Translations under genes and position numbers: made by a program | Notes under the pieces: model-generated | Database searches by the model: none | What the model saw: only the letters and a program-made list of their open reading frames with translations | What the model was told of the DNA's origin: nothing | From: Hemiscyllium ocellatum | Lineage: Eukaryota | Assembly (NCBI RefSeq): GCF_020745735.1 | Contig: NC_083409.1 | Coordinates: 14,479,873-14,543,872, forward strand | Reading direction: 5' to 3' | Length of the DNA stretch: 64,000 nt | In this document: one piece after another, positions 1 through 9,729 of the stretch | Layout of the letters: each line of letters begins with the position of its first letter | Position numbering within the stretch: position 1 is the first letter of the stretch

Positions 1-2
1 CC

Positions 3-179
3 CTCGCTGGTATGACCATTGTGTTTGTGTTGTCTGGATGTTGTTGTATCCCCTGTATCAGATCCTTGTTGAACAGGGTAATTATTACAGCAATTGAAGG
101 GAAGGCTCCACCGCCCAATCAGATGTCACAAATAGCGGCAGAAACCATGGCCCTGGCAAGAGGGGAGGACTATGCGTAG
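3..179 (+). CDS. env: C-terminal end of an endogenous retrovirus envelope (TM anchor and cytoplasmic tail), 5'-truncated by the window edge
   Basis: Frame 3 is open from base 3 to TAG at 177-179: LAGMTIVFVLSGCCCIPCIRSLLNRVIITAIEGKAPPPNQMSQIAAETMALARGEDYA*. A hydrophobic stretch is followed by GCCCIPC and a basic juxtamembrane segment, as I recall for fish ERV Env tails. A PPT and LTR follow directly. Confidence 0.75.
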   Translation, partial: LAGMTIVFVLSGCCCIPCIRSLLNRVIITAIEGKAPPPNQMSQIAAETMALARGEDYA

Positions 180-232
180 GAGAGTGAATGTGATGCGTAA
201 AACTGGTTTGTTGGTCTCATTTTCATGAGACC

Positions 233-243
233 AAAAGGAGGAG
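233..243 (+). other. Retroviral polypurine tract
   Basis: AAAAGGAGGAG, one base before the TG that starts the LTR. Preceded by an 8-bp-stem hairpin GGTCTCAT-tttc-ATGAGACC (213-232). Confidence 0.7.
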
Positions 244-244
244 T

Positions 245-777
245 TGTAAATATATATATAAAAAAACTTACCTGGAAACTAAATTGTCGAGTCTGGGGGG
301 CGTGTCCTCGATGCTCGGAGGTCATGTGGTCCTCTGATGCGCGCGCAGAGGATGATCACGTGATGCTCCGAGATGCGGCGCGGTCACATGGTCTCCCTGT
401 TTCGCGCTCCGGGACGTCACATGATCGGCCGTTTCGCTCCCCGGAAGTGGGCGAGACTGCCGTTTTGCGCTCGAAAGGAGGCCGCATGGTGGTCCTTTGT
501 CTCCTAAAAGGGAAGGCCACGTGAGGTCGGACAGCCGGAAATGCGAGGAGGCGGGGAATGGAGTCGGAGCAACAGCCAATTAGAAGACAATTTCACTTGA
601 GTGATGGTATGATGTTTTCTATGGTATAAAAGACGGTGTCAGGGACAGATATAGGTTTTTTTGTTCTTTCTGAACTGACTGAGTGAGTAGTTTGTCAGGG
701 ACAGGAAGGTTTAGACCCAGAGCTCTGTATACTTTATCCACTTACTGATAGAATAAAACTAAAAGTGTAAGATTACA
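245..777 (+). mobile_element. 3' LTR of an endogenous retrovirus (533 bp)
   Basis: Starts TGTAA and ends TTACA (5-bp terminal inverted repeat). GC box 548-556, CCAAT 576-580, TATAAAA 625-631 and AATAAA 752-757 occur in U3-R-U5 order; U3 is CpG-rich. Confidence 0.8.
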
Positions 778-1139
778 TATTTTTCCTATTGCTTTATTTA
801 AAGAGCACGCAGGACTTGGCTCACACATAAAAGATAATAAATTTGTAGATTGAGCCTAAAGTCCGTCACCTAGAACACATTCCCCCTTAATTCTGTAACC
901 CTTACCTTGCTGAGCGAATAAACATTGAACCATGACCTTGATAGCTTTTTCAGACTGAGAGTTCCAGATTGCCACCACTCTTTGTCAGAAAGAGTTCTTC
1001 CTGAAATCATTCCCAATTCTAATTTTATCCATCTCCTTGTTTTGGACTCGACAATGGAAAAAATATGGACATGAACATTGTTAATTATTTTCCGTGGAAA
1101 TGCCTCGCTTTTGCAACCTGTTCTCTCTCATTAACAGTT

Positions 1140-1490
1140 TCTGATCTGAAGGTGACATGACAGGCTGGATACTGAGAGGGTGGAATCTGTTATAGCGCAG
1201 ACGAGAACTGGAGGGACAGTTTAACACAAAACAGTCTCCCGTTTAAAAGGAAGGAGGGGTTTTCATGCTGAGGTTTGACAGTCTGTGGAATTCTCTTCTC
1301 TACGTGGGAATGGAGGTTGGGTAATTAAGTATACTCAAGGTTGAGGTAGACAGGTTTTTGATGAATAAGGCAGTTTAGGATAACTGCAGAAAGTGCAGGT
1401 GAGACCATAACCAGATGAGCAGTGATCTTCTTCATTGGCACAGCAGCTCCCAAAAGGCCTGCTCCTGCTCCTGGGTCCGATGTTCTGGCA
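1140..1490 (+). mobile_element. Decayed CR1 LINE 3' fragment
   Basis: Resembles the CR1 ORF2 C-terminus and 3' UTR (ctgtggaattctct ... aaggttgaggtagacaggtttttgat ... ggcctgctcctgctcc). Confidence 0.6.
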
Positions 1491-1959
1491 GAGGCTGCAG
1501 CAACCCTGGACCCCCATCTTTCCTTTGTCACTCACTGACAGAAATACAATTTCAAAACAAACATTATTTTCTTTAACAAGACCCAGTCAATTATGGTTGA
1601 TGTCGTTTTCTCAGCTCTCTTTTCATCTCAACATGTTTTTTGTGTTACGTTGGAGAGGAGACAGATACAAGACAGAGTGAGGCCTCAGAGAACACAGGGA
1701 GCTCTCACTCTGCACAGCAAGGCTGTCACGGGAAACATCTGGAGAAAGGCTTGGAGGGAGGTGGAGAGGAGAGAGGCATGGGAAAAGAGACCTGACAGTT
1801 CAAAACAAAAACATTTCACATGTTGCTATCATCTAGTTAATAAAGTTGAGAGGATTAGAAAACAATAACAGTGAGAATGTGGTGTCTCAGAACCTCAAAG
1901 GCAGACAGCAAATAGCTGCATTAGCCCGCCTCAGGGTGTTCATGTCATTGGGAAGCTTC

Positions 1960-3970
1960 AAATTTATTGCCCATCTCCAACTGCTAGAACTGAGATATTT
2001 TCTGAGGCAGATCATGGAGACGTGAAGAATGAATCATGTCTCTGTGGTCATGCTGCAGCTGTACAAAACTCTGGTGTGGCCGCAATTGCATACTGTATTG
2101 CATACAGTTGTGGTCACGGCATTTAAAAAAAGGATGTGAGAATTTAAGGGTTCAGAGGAAATATACGAGGATGTTGCCTGGCACGGAGGGAAGGCCTTAT
2201 GAGGGAAGGATGAGGGACTTGTGGCTGTTTTGTTAGAGAGAAGAAGGTTGAGAGTTGTCTTAATTGAGACATACTAAGATAATCACAAGGTTAGATAGGG
2301 TGGATAGTGAGAGCCTTTTTCCTCAGATGCTGAGGGGACATAGGTTTAAATTGAGGGGTGATAGATATAGGAGAGATGTCAGAAGTAGTTATTTACTCAG
2401 AGACTAGTAGGGGCATGGAATGCACAGCCTGCAACAGGAGCAGACTCGCCAACACTAAGGGCATTTAAATGGACACGGGATAAACATATGGATGAAAATG
2501 GAATAGTATAGGATAGAAGGGCTTTAGATTGGTTCCATAGGGCGGCACAACATCGAGGGCTGAAGGGCCCGTACTGCGCTGTCATGGTCTATGTTCTATG
2601 TTCTATGTTCTGGATTTGACATTGCTCACCACCGCCCTCTCCAGGACAATTAGGGAAGGACAACAAATAGACAAATCGAAGCTTGCCCCCATCCCAGGAG
2701 AAATCAAAATAAATGATGTACAATTCAAATGATTAAACTGGTGAGGCTTGAACTCATTTCTTTGAAAGACTGGAGCCTCGGCCATGATATGGGTGAGCCT
2801 GCATTTTTAAATTGCAAGGTGGAGTGCCCTACGGATCAGGCACAAAATGAATTACACAAAGACCGAACAAACGGCTACCAAAGTGTGTCACCAAACTGCA
2901 GTAAACAGCAATTTGTCAGGAAGAACTCAAGAGAAAGCCATTAGTGGGTGTAAGAGGGTAAGACAGACAAGTGTCAGGTGTCATTGAATGCACCATAAAT
3001 GCACTAAAGCTGTTGGGATAGAGCAGGGCAATGGGATTAATTGAATTTTTCTATTGAGAGCTTTCCTGGTTGTAATGACTCAGAACGTTAAAGGATGAAG
3101 TGTAGCTCATATTGTAAACAATGTACTGCAGTGGGCAAGAAAGGATGTTGAGCAACATAAATGCTTAAAATTGGGAAAGAAAGTCCTATAAAAGAAATGG
3201 GAAAGGCCAATGGGACTTTGGAATGAATATTGAGAGTGAGGAGACGGAGGGGAAATTGGCCAGGACAGCTGTACTGAAGAATGGTTCGGTCACATCTGGG
3301 ATATGGTGGATAGTTATGGGTTTCTTTGAGGGGCAATGCAGAATGGGACAGGGACAGGGGATCTAGGTTACAGGGAAACACCAGAACAGGATCTTGAGGA
3401 GAGAGGGAGGGTATTCTGATAACAAAACTTCTTAACAAAATCGACACAGTAAATGTAGATTTACTGTCAATACCGACAAACAGAAAGGCAAAATGACACA
3501 TTTTCCGGTCATTCACCAAGTACAGGAAGGAGATCAGGAAAACTATTTTGATGCAGAGATTGGAATTTAGTAAATTCTGGTAAATTGGGTCCTCCATTTA
3601 CAATAGGACAGAATTACTTCTTGGAATTTGAACAGGTCTGAAGCAAAAGAGCAAATTATGACCAAATGGTCATTTGAGAATATTGAACTGGCCTGAAAAT
3701 GCCCGGTTTTTAGCAGCTTTTCATTTTGCCTTCATCAGGATAATTGTAAAAGTACCAATCAAAGGAGAAAAACATGACATTGATATTGCATATGAGGAAA
3801 GTGCTGACAGGTTGAGATGTTGTCACTATGAACACGCCAGTTTAAATATTGTTTCCTTTGCTTTGACATTTCTTGTAAATTGTCCTGATGTATGCAAGAC
3901 AAAAAGCTTCAACAAAATGTTTTGTTTTTTGCAACATTCAAGTTAGGGTCGGTTTGGAGAGAAAGAATGA
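1960..3970 (+). repeat. Old inverted segmental duplicate, arm A (pairs with 9730-12715)
   Basis: Blocks 1960-2050, 2620-3380 and 3390-3970 are reverse complements of 12625-12715, 11720-12500 and 9730-10280 (roughly 75-80% by eye). Confidence 0.8.
2045..2612 (+). mobile_element. CR1 LINE 3' end with (TTCTATG)n tail
   Basis: ORF2 C-terminal remnants (LYKTLV..., KYTRMLPG) and a ctatgttctatgttctatgttct tail. Absent from the paralogous arm A'. Confidence 0.8.
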
Positions 3971-4529
3971 AGATGGAAATGAACATGAAAATTGGTCTAA
4001 ATTCAGCAGAGACCAGGATAGCTTCACCTTGAACTTAATACAGGAATTACCAGGTGAAGTTTAATCATTGGAATGATTGAACCACCTTCCACCAGTTTGA
4101 TTGTTTGAATTGTCCATCAGTTATTTTGATTACTCCTGGGATGGGGAGGACATTGATATGTCTGCTGTTTATTGCCCTTCCCTAACTATCCTGGAGAGGG
4201 CGGTGGTTAGCTTTCTCCTGAATGCACAGCTGGGAAACTAGAGATGGTCTCATTCCTCCAAATGCGGCCTGGGATGGGGAAGCAAGGCAGGCTATTGGAC
4301 CGGGAGTTGTCAGCCTAGTCTCAGTGGGGAGCACTCTCCCCTCAGACTCACAATGTTGCAGACTGGGTGGATGAGCCATTGGGAAATGCAGGGTTACAGG
4401 CACAGTGTCGTGGTTTGGATCTAGGTGGGATGTTCCTTGGAGGACTGGTGTGAACTTATTTGGGTGAATGGCCTGCTTCAACATGGTAGAGATTCCATCT
4501 TTACATGATCCTATCACTGAAGAAAATTA

Positions 4530-5040
4530 TCCAGGCTGAGAGTGCAGTGCAGCGCTGATGGGATGCAGCACTGTCAGAGAGCCAGTACTGAGGGACTGCC
4601 ACACTGTCAGAGGGTCAGTACTGAGGGAGTTCCACACTATTGTAGGTTCAGTACTGAGGGAGTGTTGCACTAACGTTGGGTCAGTACTGAGGGAGTGCTG
4701 CACTGTCAGAGGGTGATTACTGAGGGAGAGCTGCACTGTCAGAGGGTGAGTGCTGAGGGAGTACTGCACTGCCAGAGGGTTCGTACTGAGGGAATGCCAC
4801 ACTGTCAGAAAGTCAATACTGTGGGAGTGCCATCCTGTCAGATAGTTCATGCTGAGGGAGTGCTGCACTGCTGTTGTGTCAATACTGAGGGAGTGCAACA
4901 CTGTTAGAGGTTCAGTGCTCAGGGACCATTTTTCAGACTGAATGTTCTGATGTCTGCCCTCTCAGGGGCCAGTAGAAGATGCCATGACACTATGAGAAGA
5001 GCAGAGCAGATCCCCATGGTGTCCTGGTCAATATTTTAAA
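4530..5040 (+). mobile_element. Deu-domain (SacSINE1-like) SINE with an expanded 33-bp internal tandem array
   Basis: About 11-12 units of GAGGGAGTGCTGCACTGTCAGAGGGTCAGTACT, then gtctgccctctcagg...gatgccatgacactat..gaagagcag...ggtgtcctggtcaatattt, typical of shark DeuSINEs. Confidence 0.65.
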
Positions 5041-5224
5041 AATATATCTTTTAAAAAATACCTGGATGAGCGCCTGAAATATCCGAACATTCAATACGTT
5101 GGGCCCAGTTCTGGAAAGTGGATGGAGAGTAGATTTAGTTTTGCCTTGGTGGGACAGACATGATCAGATGAGGGACCTCTTCTACACTGTATGATTCTCT
5201 GATTCTGTGAAACCTCTGGCTGAT

Positions 5225-5352
5225 GACCATGTTCTGTCCGCCCTCGACTGATGAGTCAGTCTCTCCTCCATGTTGAACAGCACTTGGATGAAGCTCTGAG
5301 GGTGGTCAGGGCACAGAATGTACTCTGGGTGGGGGACTTCAATGTCCACAAT
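5225..5352 (+). mobile_element. CR1/L2-group LINE endonuclease fragment
   Basis: Encodes RPRLMSQ/HVEQHLDEALRVVRAQNVLWVGDFNVH (APE GDFN motif). The same family occurs at 36640-38780 and 56100-56620. Confidence 0.7.
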
Positions 5353-5422
5353 CAAAAAGAAATTTAAAAAACATCCGGTTTGTTGGGTATTGGATACAAA
5401 TGTTCAAAATTATACTTTTGCC

Positions 5423-5511
5423 AGTCCAACGCTCATTTCTCCTGTGCCCTCACCCATGTGACCCTCTCCGCTCCCCTCAGCAAGAGCATCAGGAGATCAG
5501 AATGTGTGTAG
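5423..5511 (+). pseudogene. IGKC: 5'-truncated Ig kappa constant-exon remnant (last 28 codons)
   Basis: SNAHFSCALTHVTLSAPLSKSIRRSECV*; 81/89 nt identical to the 3' end of the intact C exon. No acceptor or 5' part; the 3' UTR homology continues to about 6190. Confidence 0.9.
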
Positions 5512-6137
5512 AGTGTTTGAGACAGTCCACAGAGGAGACACAACTTTAAACAGAACAGGGCTGAGCTGGAAGGACACAGGTCATTGTCAGCACTGAATTT
5601 CAACTCTCTTCCTTCTTGAGACTGGCCTCTGGGAGACTCTGTGGTTCAACGGTTAAGGCAGGTTACTGTGACACTTTGAGAACCCAGTACTGTCCCTGTC
5701 CTGGGAGTATTGACAAGGACAGTGTGGAGACAGCTTTATTCTGTTTCTTATCCTGTCCCTGTCATAGGTGTCTTTGGTGGGAACAGTATGGATAGAGCTT
5801 TACTCTGCATATAACCCTATTCTGTCCCCGTCCAGGAGACTGTTTGTTGGGGACAGTGTTGACTTGCAACAACAAGTATAACCTTTCAAAGATATTGAAA
5901 ACTGTGAGCTGTATAAAAACAATATGAACCTCAGAAGTCTCTGCTTCAGTAAACCAGATCTCCTTCCTGCTCAGCCACCAGCTCCACCTAAAGGTTTTGT
6001 CACTGTTTCTCATGCTATTGAGAAAATCTCCACAAGCGTTTTCCTCAAGCTCCATTGTGGCTGTGAATTTGAGCAGCTTCCTCTGTCTGGGCTGTTAATT
6101 GCTGACTGTTTTCTGTCAATGTCAATCTGGAAAAGGG

Positions 6138-6143
6138 AATAAA
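6138..6143 (+). terminator. Polyadenylation signal of the C remnant
   Basis: AATAAA followed by a GT-rich element; context matches the reverse complement of 21240-21276. Confidence 0.75.
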
Positions 6144-6296
6144 GATGAAGAAGATTCAGTCTCTGTCTGGTGTGTGCTTTGGAGATGGCCCGAGCTGAAG
6201 CCTCTGGGAAAGGGTGTGTGAATTGAAACCCTCCACCATCAAGGCACGGAACAGGAGGGGGAGAATAGAGAGGGCAATGGGGTCCTGGGAGCAGGA

Positions 6297-7130
6297 GGGC
6301 AATACTACAGCTAGGGACAGAAGGGGCACTTTCAGCAGGAATGCAGGGCCCTGAGAAAATCTTCCCCAATAAATGGGGAAAAGAAGGAAGGTGTGTTGGA
6401 GTTCAGAAAGATCAAAGAATGAAGCTGAGAGTGAGCTGAACTCAGAGTGTAGATGGGAAAGATCCAACCCAGAGTGGGGAGGGTACCTTTCACTCGATAA
6501 CCACCCATACACCATGGTGATGCTCTGAAGGGGCAGTACCCATCCTGAATAGCTGTGCCTGATAGTGTATGATGAATGGGGAAGAGTCTGTGTCCATACG
6601 TGTGTGGGTGGGGAACAGGGAATATATCAAGCTATATATATATTATATATATGTATATATCTCATTATATCTCACTCACAGATGCATCCATCAAAACCAC
6701 TGGGACCAGCCCTCACTAGTGGAGAGCAAACTGAAGAGATTCATGGGAGGACTCTGTGGTGGGAGGGCTATCAAAACCTTGGAGTGTAAGGGTGGGCTCT
6801 CTGGCAGTCTAACCGAACATAATGGAGTGCGCCAACTCAGGGAGTATTCAGAGCAGATTGGCTCATTGCTGATGGACTGGCAATGGGTCTTTACACAGTT
6901 GGTCATTTTGAATGTGCCCTGGTCCAGGGAGGGCTGAGGACCAGGACAAGTTCACATTCACATTTAATGAACAACAATATTGGTGGAACTGTCTGCCCCT
7001 AGGGTTCCCCAGTAGTCCCTCCATCTTTCAGCAGAGCATGGCACAGGGCTGTGAGAGTTCAGGTCAGTTCCCCCAACCAGTTTGGACAGAGTGTGCTTGA
7101 CTTGCTGCTGTTTGTGTGAACTGAGGAGGA
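6297..7130 (+). mobile_element. Degenerate retroviral gag-pol fossil
   Basis: 6303-6344 reads Y-YS-*-GQKG-H-FQQE-C (CCHC knuckle with both first Cys mutated). 6935-7110 reads EDQDKFTFTFNEQQYWWNCLPLGFPSSPSIFQQ and then QSVLDLLL (decayed QYVDDLLL), retrovirus-type RT motifs. Confidence 0.7.
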
Positions 7131-7805
7131 GGAGGTGTCCGTTTGGGATGACAGAATTCTCAGGAGTTGCTTGGAAGGATCCAGATGTTGATCCCTTCCC
7201 TGGACTAGCAGGCTCCTTGATGCCACACACCATCAAAGAGGCCTTGATGTCAAGTGCTGTCACTCTGCCCTCACCTCACTCACATGGTCAGGGAGAGCTC
7301 ACTGACTCACATTTATCGGAATGAATTCCATTTGTTACTGATCAGCCCATCTGACCCTCCCAGCCCATCTATATCCTCATGTCATCTTGTACTGCTTCGG
7401 GATACCCCCATTCGAGAAGGTCAATAAATCAAAAGCACGAAAATTTAAATTCAGATACTGAAGACAATTACTGGATTAATAGAGGAAGCCGTATCTTCCA
7501 TTTGTAAGTGGGATCTATATTTCTTTATTAAATTAAAATGACTCAGATTAAATACATCTGCAGTGAATGTATAAATTACAACAACTCCCACACAGGGTGT
7601 TTGGACTGGAGGCTGTGTTGAAATAATTGGTGACACATCAGGGAGGTGCAGAGATACCTGGAGATCTTGTTCCAGAAGGAAGTCATAATCCTCAGGACCA
7701 GGCTGTCCCATTCCATATGTAGGAAGGGGCAGGAGGGTATGACAATGAGGAGGGCAGGTAAGGATTTGGAGCGCACTGTAGGACAGGAAAACCCCTCACT
7801 CTTGC

Positions 7806-8968
7806 TGTAGTTGTGGGTATGCTCACCGAGCTGGGAAGTTGATTTGTAGACATTTTGTCCCCTGTCTCAGTGACACCTTCAGAGCTTTGGAGCTTCCTGT
7901 GAAGCGCTGTTGTGCTGTGTCTTCTGGAATTTATTTGGTTCCATCCCTGCTGTTTCTGGTTGCTGGTTTGGGAATGTTCATTTCAGTGGTCGGTCTACTG
8001 GGTCTCGGTCAATGTGTTTATTGATGGAGCCCATGGTTCTAGAAATTCTCTGGCTGCCCTCTGTTGAGCTTGTCCTATGATCATAGTGTTGGCCCAATTG
8101 AATTTGTGGTCCTTTTCATCTGTGTGTATAGCTACTCGGGACAGCTGCTCATGGGGTTTAGTGGCTCGTTGGTGTTCATGGATGTGGGTGGCTAGTTGTC
8201 TGGCTGTGTGTCCTGTGTGTTTCATGCAGGCTTTGCATGGAATCTTGTAAACTACATTTGTCTTTCACATGATTGGTTTTGGGTCTTTTGTTCTCACGCA
8301 CTGTTGTCTGAGTGTGGCTGGCAGTTTCTGGGCAGTATTTGAGTGATTAGATTCCCTACAGTATGGAAACAGGCCCTCCGGCCCAACAAGTCCACACCGA
8401 TCCTCCAAAGATAACCCACCCAGACACATTCCCCTACCCAATACTGACCTCAACTGATGCACCTAGCACTAGGGGCAATTTAGCATGGCCAATTCACCTG
8501 ACCTGCACATCTTTGGATTGTTGGAGGAAACCGGAGCACCCGGAGGAAATCATTGCAGACACGGGGAGAATATGCAAACTCCAGACAGACAGTTGCTTGA
8601 TGAGGGAATTGAAATCGGATCCATGCCACTGTGAGGCAACAGTGTTAACTACTGAGCCACCGTTCCATGATTGGACAAGTCTGGCTGTCAGTTCGGTGGC
8701 GTTTCTTTATATACGGTAGCGTGGCTAGGAGTTAGGTTGTAGCATGTCCTCATCGTGTTGTTTGTCTGTTAGGTATCTGCGGATAAAGTTGCAGGAAAAT
8801 CTGTTCTTGGTAAAGACTTTGTAGAAGTGTTCTTCTCTTCGCAGGTCGGGAGTGCTGCAGTGTGTTGTAGCCCTATTGAACAGGGGCCTAATGCAGCTTC
8901 TCCTGTGTGTGTTTGGGTGGTTGCTGTTGTAGTTCAGGATCTGGCTTTTCTGTCCACTTTTGTTATAC
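7806..8968 (-). mobile_element. Penelope-like element (RT C-terminus and GIY-YIG), interrupted by an HE1 SINE
   Basis: ORFs 8725-8970 (QILNYNSNHPNTHRRSCIRPLFNRATTHC) and 7995-8225 (HIHEHQRATK...FNWANTMIIGQAQQRAAREFLE). Confidence 0.85.
8347..8667 (-). mobile_element. HE1 SINE
   Basis: tRNA-related head (ggtggctcagtagttaacactg...gatccgatttcaattcc), central ggaaaccggagcacccggagg core, CR1-type tail. Confidence 0.85.
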
Positions 8969-9729
8969 ATTCACCATTCTGTGATGGATGAGAATGTGAC
9001 ATTGGAAGCAAAATCACATCAGCCATGGTCCTATTCATTGGTCGAGAATTTTGAAGGATTGAATGACCTAATTCAGCCACTAATTTGTAAGTTCAAAACA
9101 ATTGAATGGTCTTTTCTCTGTATCCACTCATACACACTCTCTGTGTGAAAGATTACTTCAACGCTTCACCCTTTCTCATTCGTGTCTTAACCCTGAGCTC
9201 TCATTGTTGCTGGGAAATTTGAGAAGCAGATACATTCACTTGCTCATTCATTCCCTCCTCAGCCTCTCTTTATCTCCTGAAACTCCACTCAACACCAATC
9301 TGTTGGGTCAGGAGCAAGGCTCTCAGCTCAATGAATAAAGGAACCTTTTCTAGCACCAAGCTGGTGACAGTCAGCTGGAGAATAATGTTCCATTGCACAT
9401 GCCTTCTTCAAAAACCAAGGTGTTCAGCTATTCTGTACATCCACGTTCACTCCTGAAGGGATCAGGCAGAGAGGAAGAGTCAGTGCAGCCATTGTGCAAC
9501 ATCGAGTGTCGAGTTGTCACATTTCCAATCCCACTGCAATGTCATTGTCTGCCCTGACACCAAGTAGATGCTCCCATCTCAAGAGGCTCCATGGCCCTGA
9601 GGACTGTGAGAGTAAGCCCTGTCAATTCAGCTCGATCATCAAGCTCCAGCCTTCCTGATGTGGTGGCAGCCAGGAGAACCCTGCCCATGGGAGATTCCAC
9701 ACACACTCCCTCCCTCCCTCCCTGCAGGG

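Noticed and set aside
225-524. 99-aa and 85-aa ORFs in the GC-rich start
   Set aside because: They lie within the LTR U3, straddle the PPT/LTR boundary and have no domain signature; GC-rich DNA is stop-poor.
4560-4920. Regular 33-bp repeats resembling a CRISPR array
   Set aside because: Head-to-tail degenerate units without unique spacers, inside a vertebrate SINE; no cas genes.
5423-6190. C remnant as a retrotransposed (processed) copy
   Set aside because: Homology runs about 40 nt past AATAAA through the GT-rich downstream element, with no poly(A) tail or TSD, so it is a DNA-level duplicate.
9545-9680. Minus-strand peptide GRLELDDRAELTGLTLTVLRAMEPLEMGASTWCQ resembling the end of a V-set domain
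   Set aside because: The DxxxYxC motif needs frameshifts, there is no upstream Cys/Trp framework, leader or RSS; probably chance. An HMM search against V-set would settle it.
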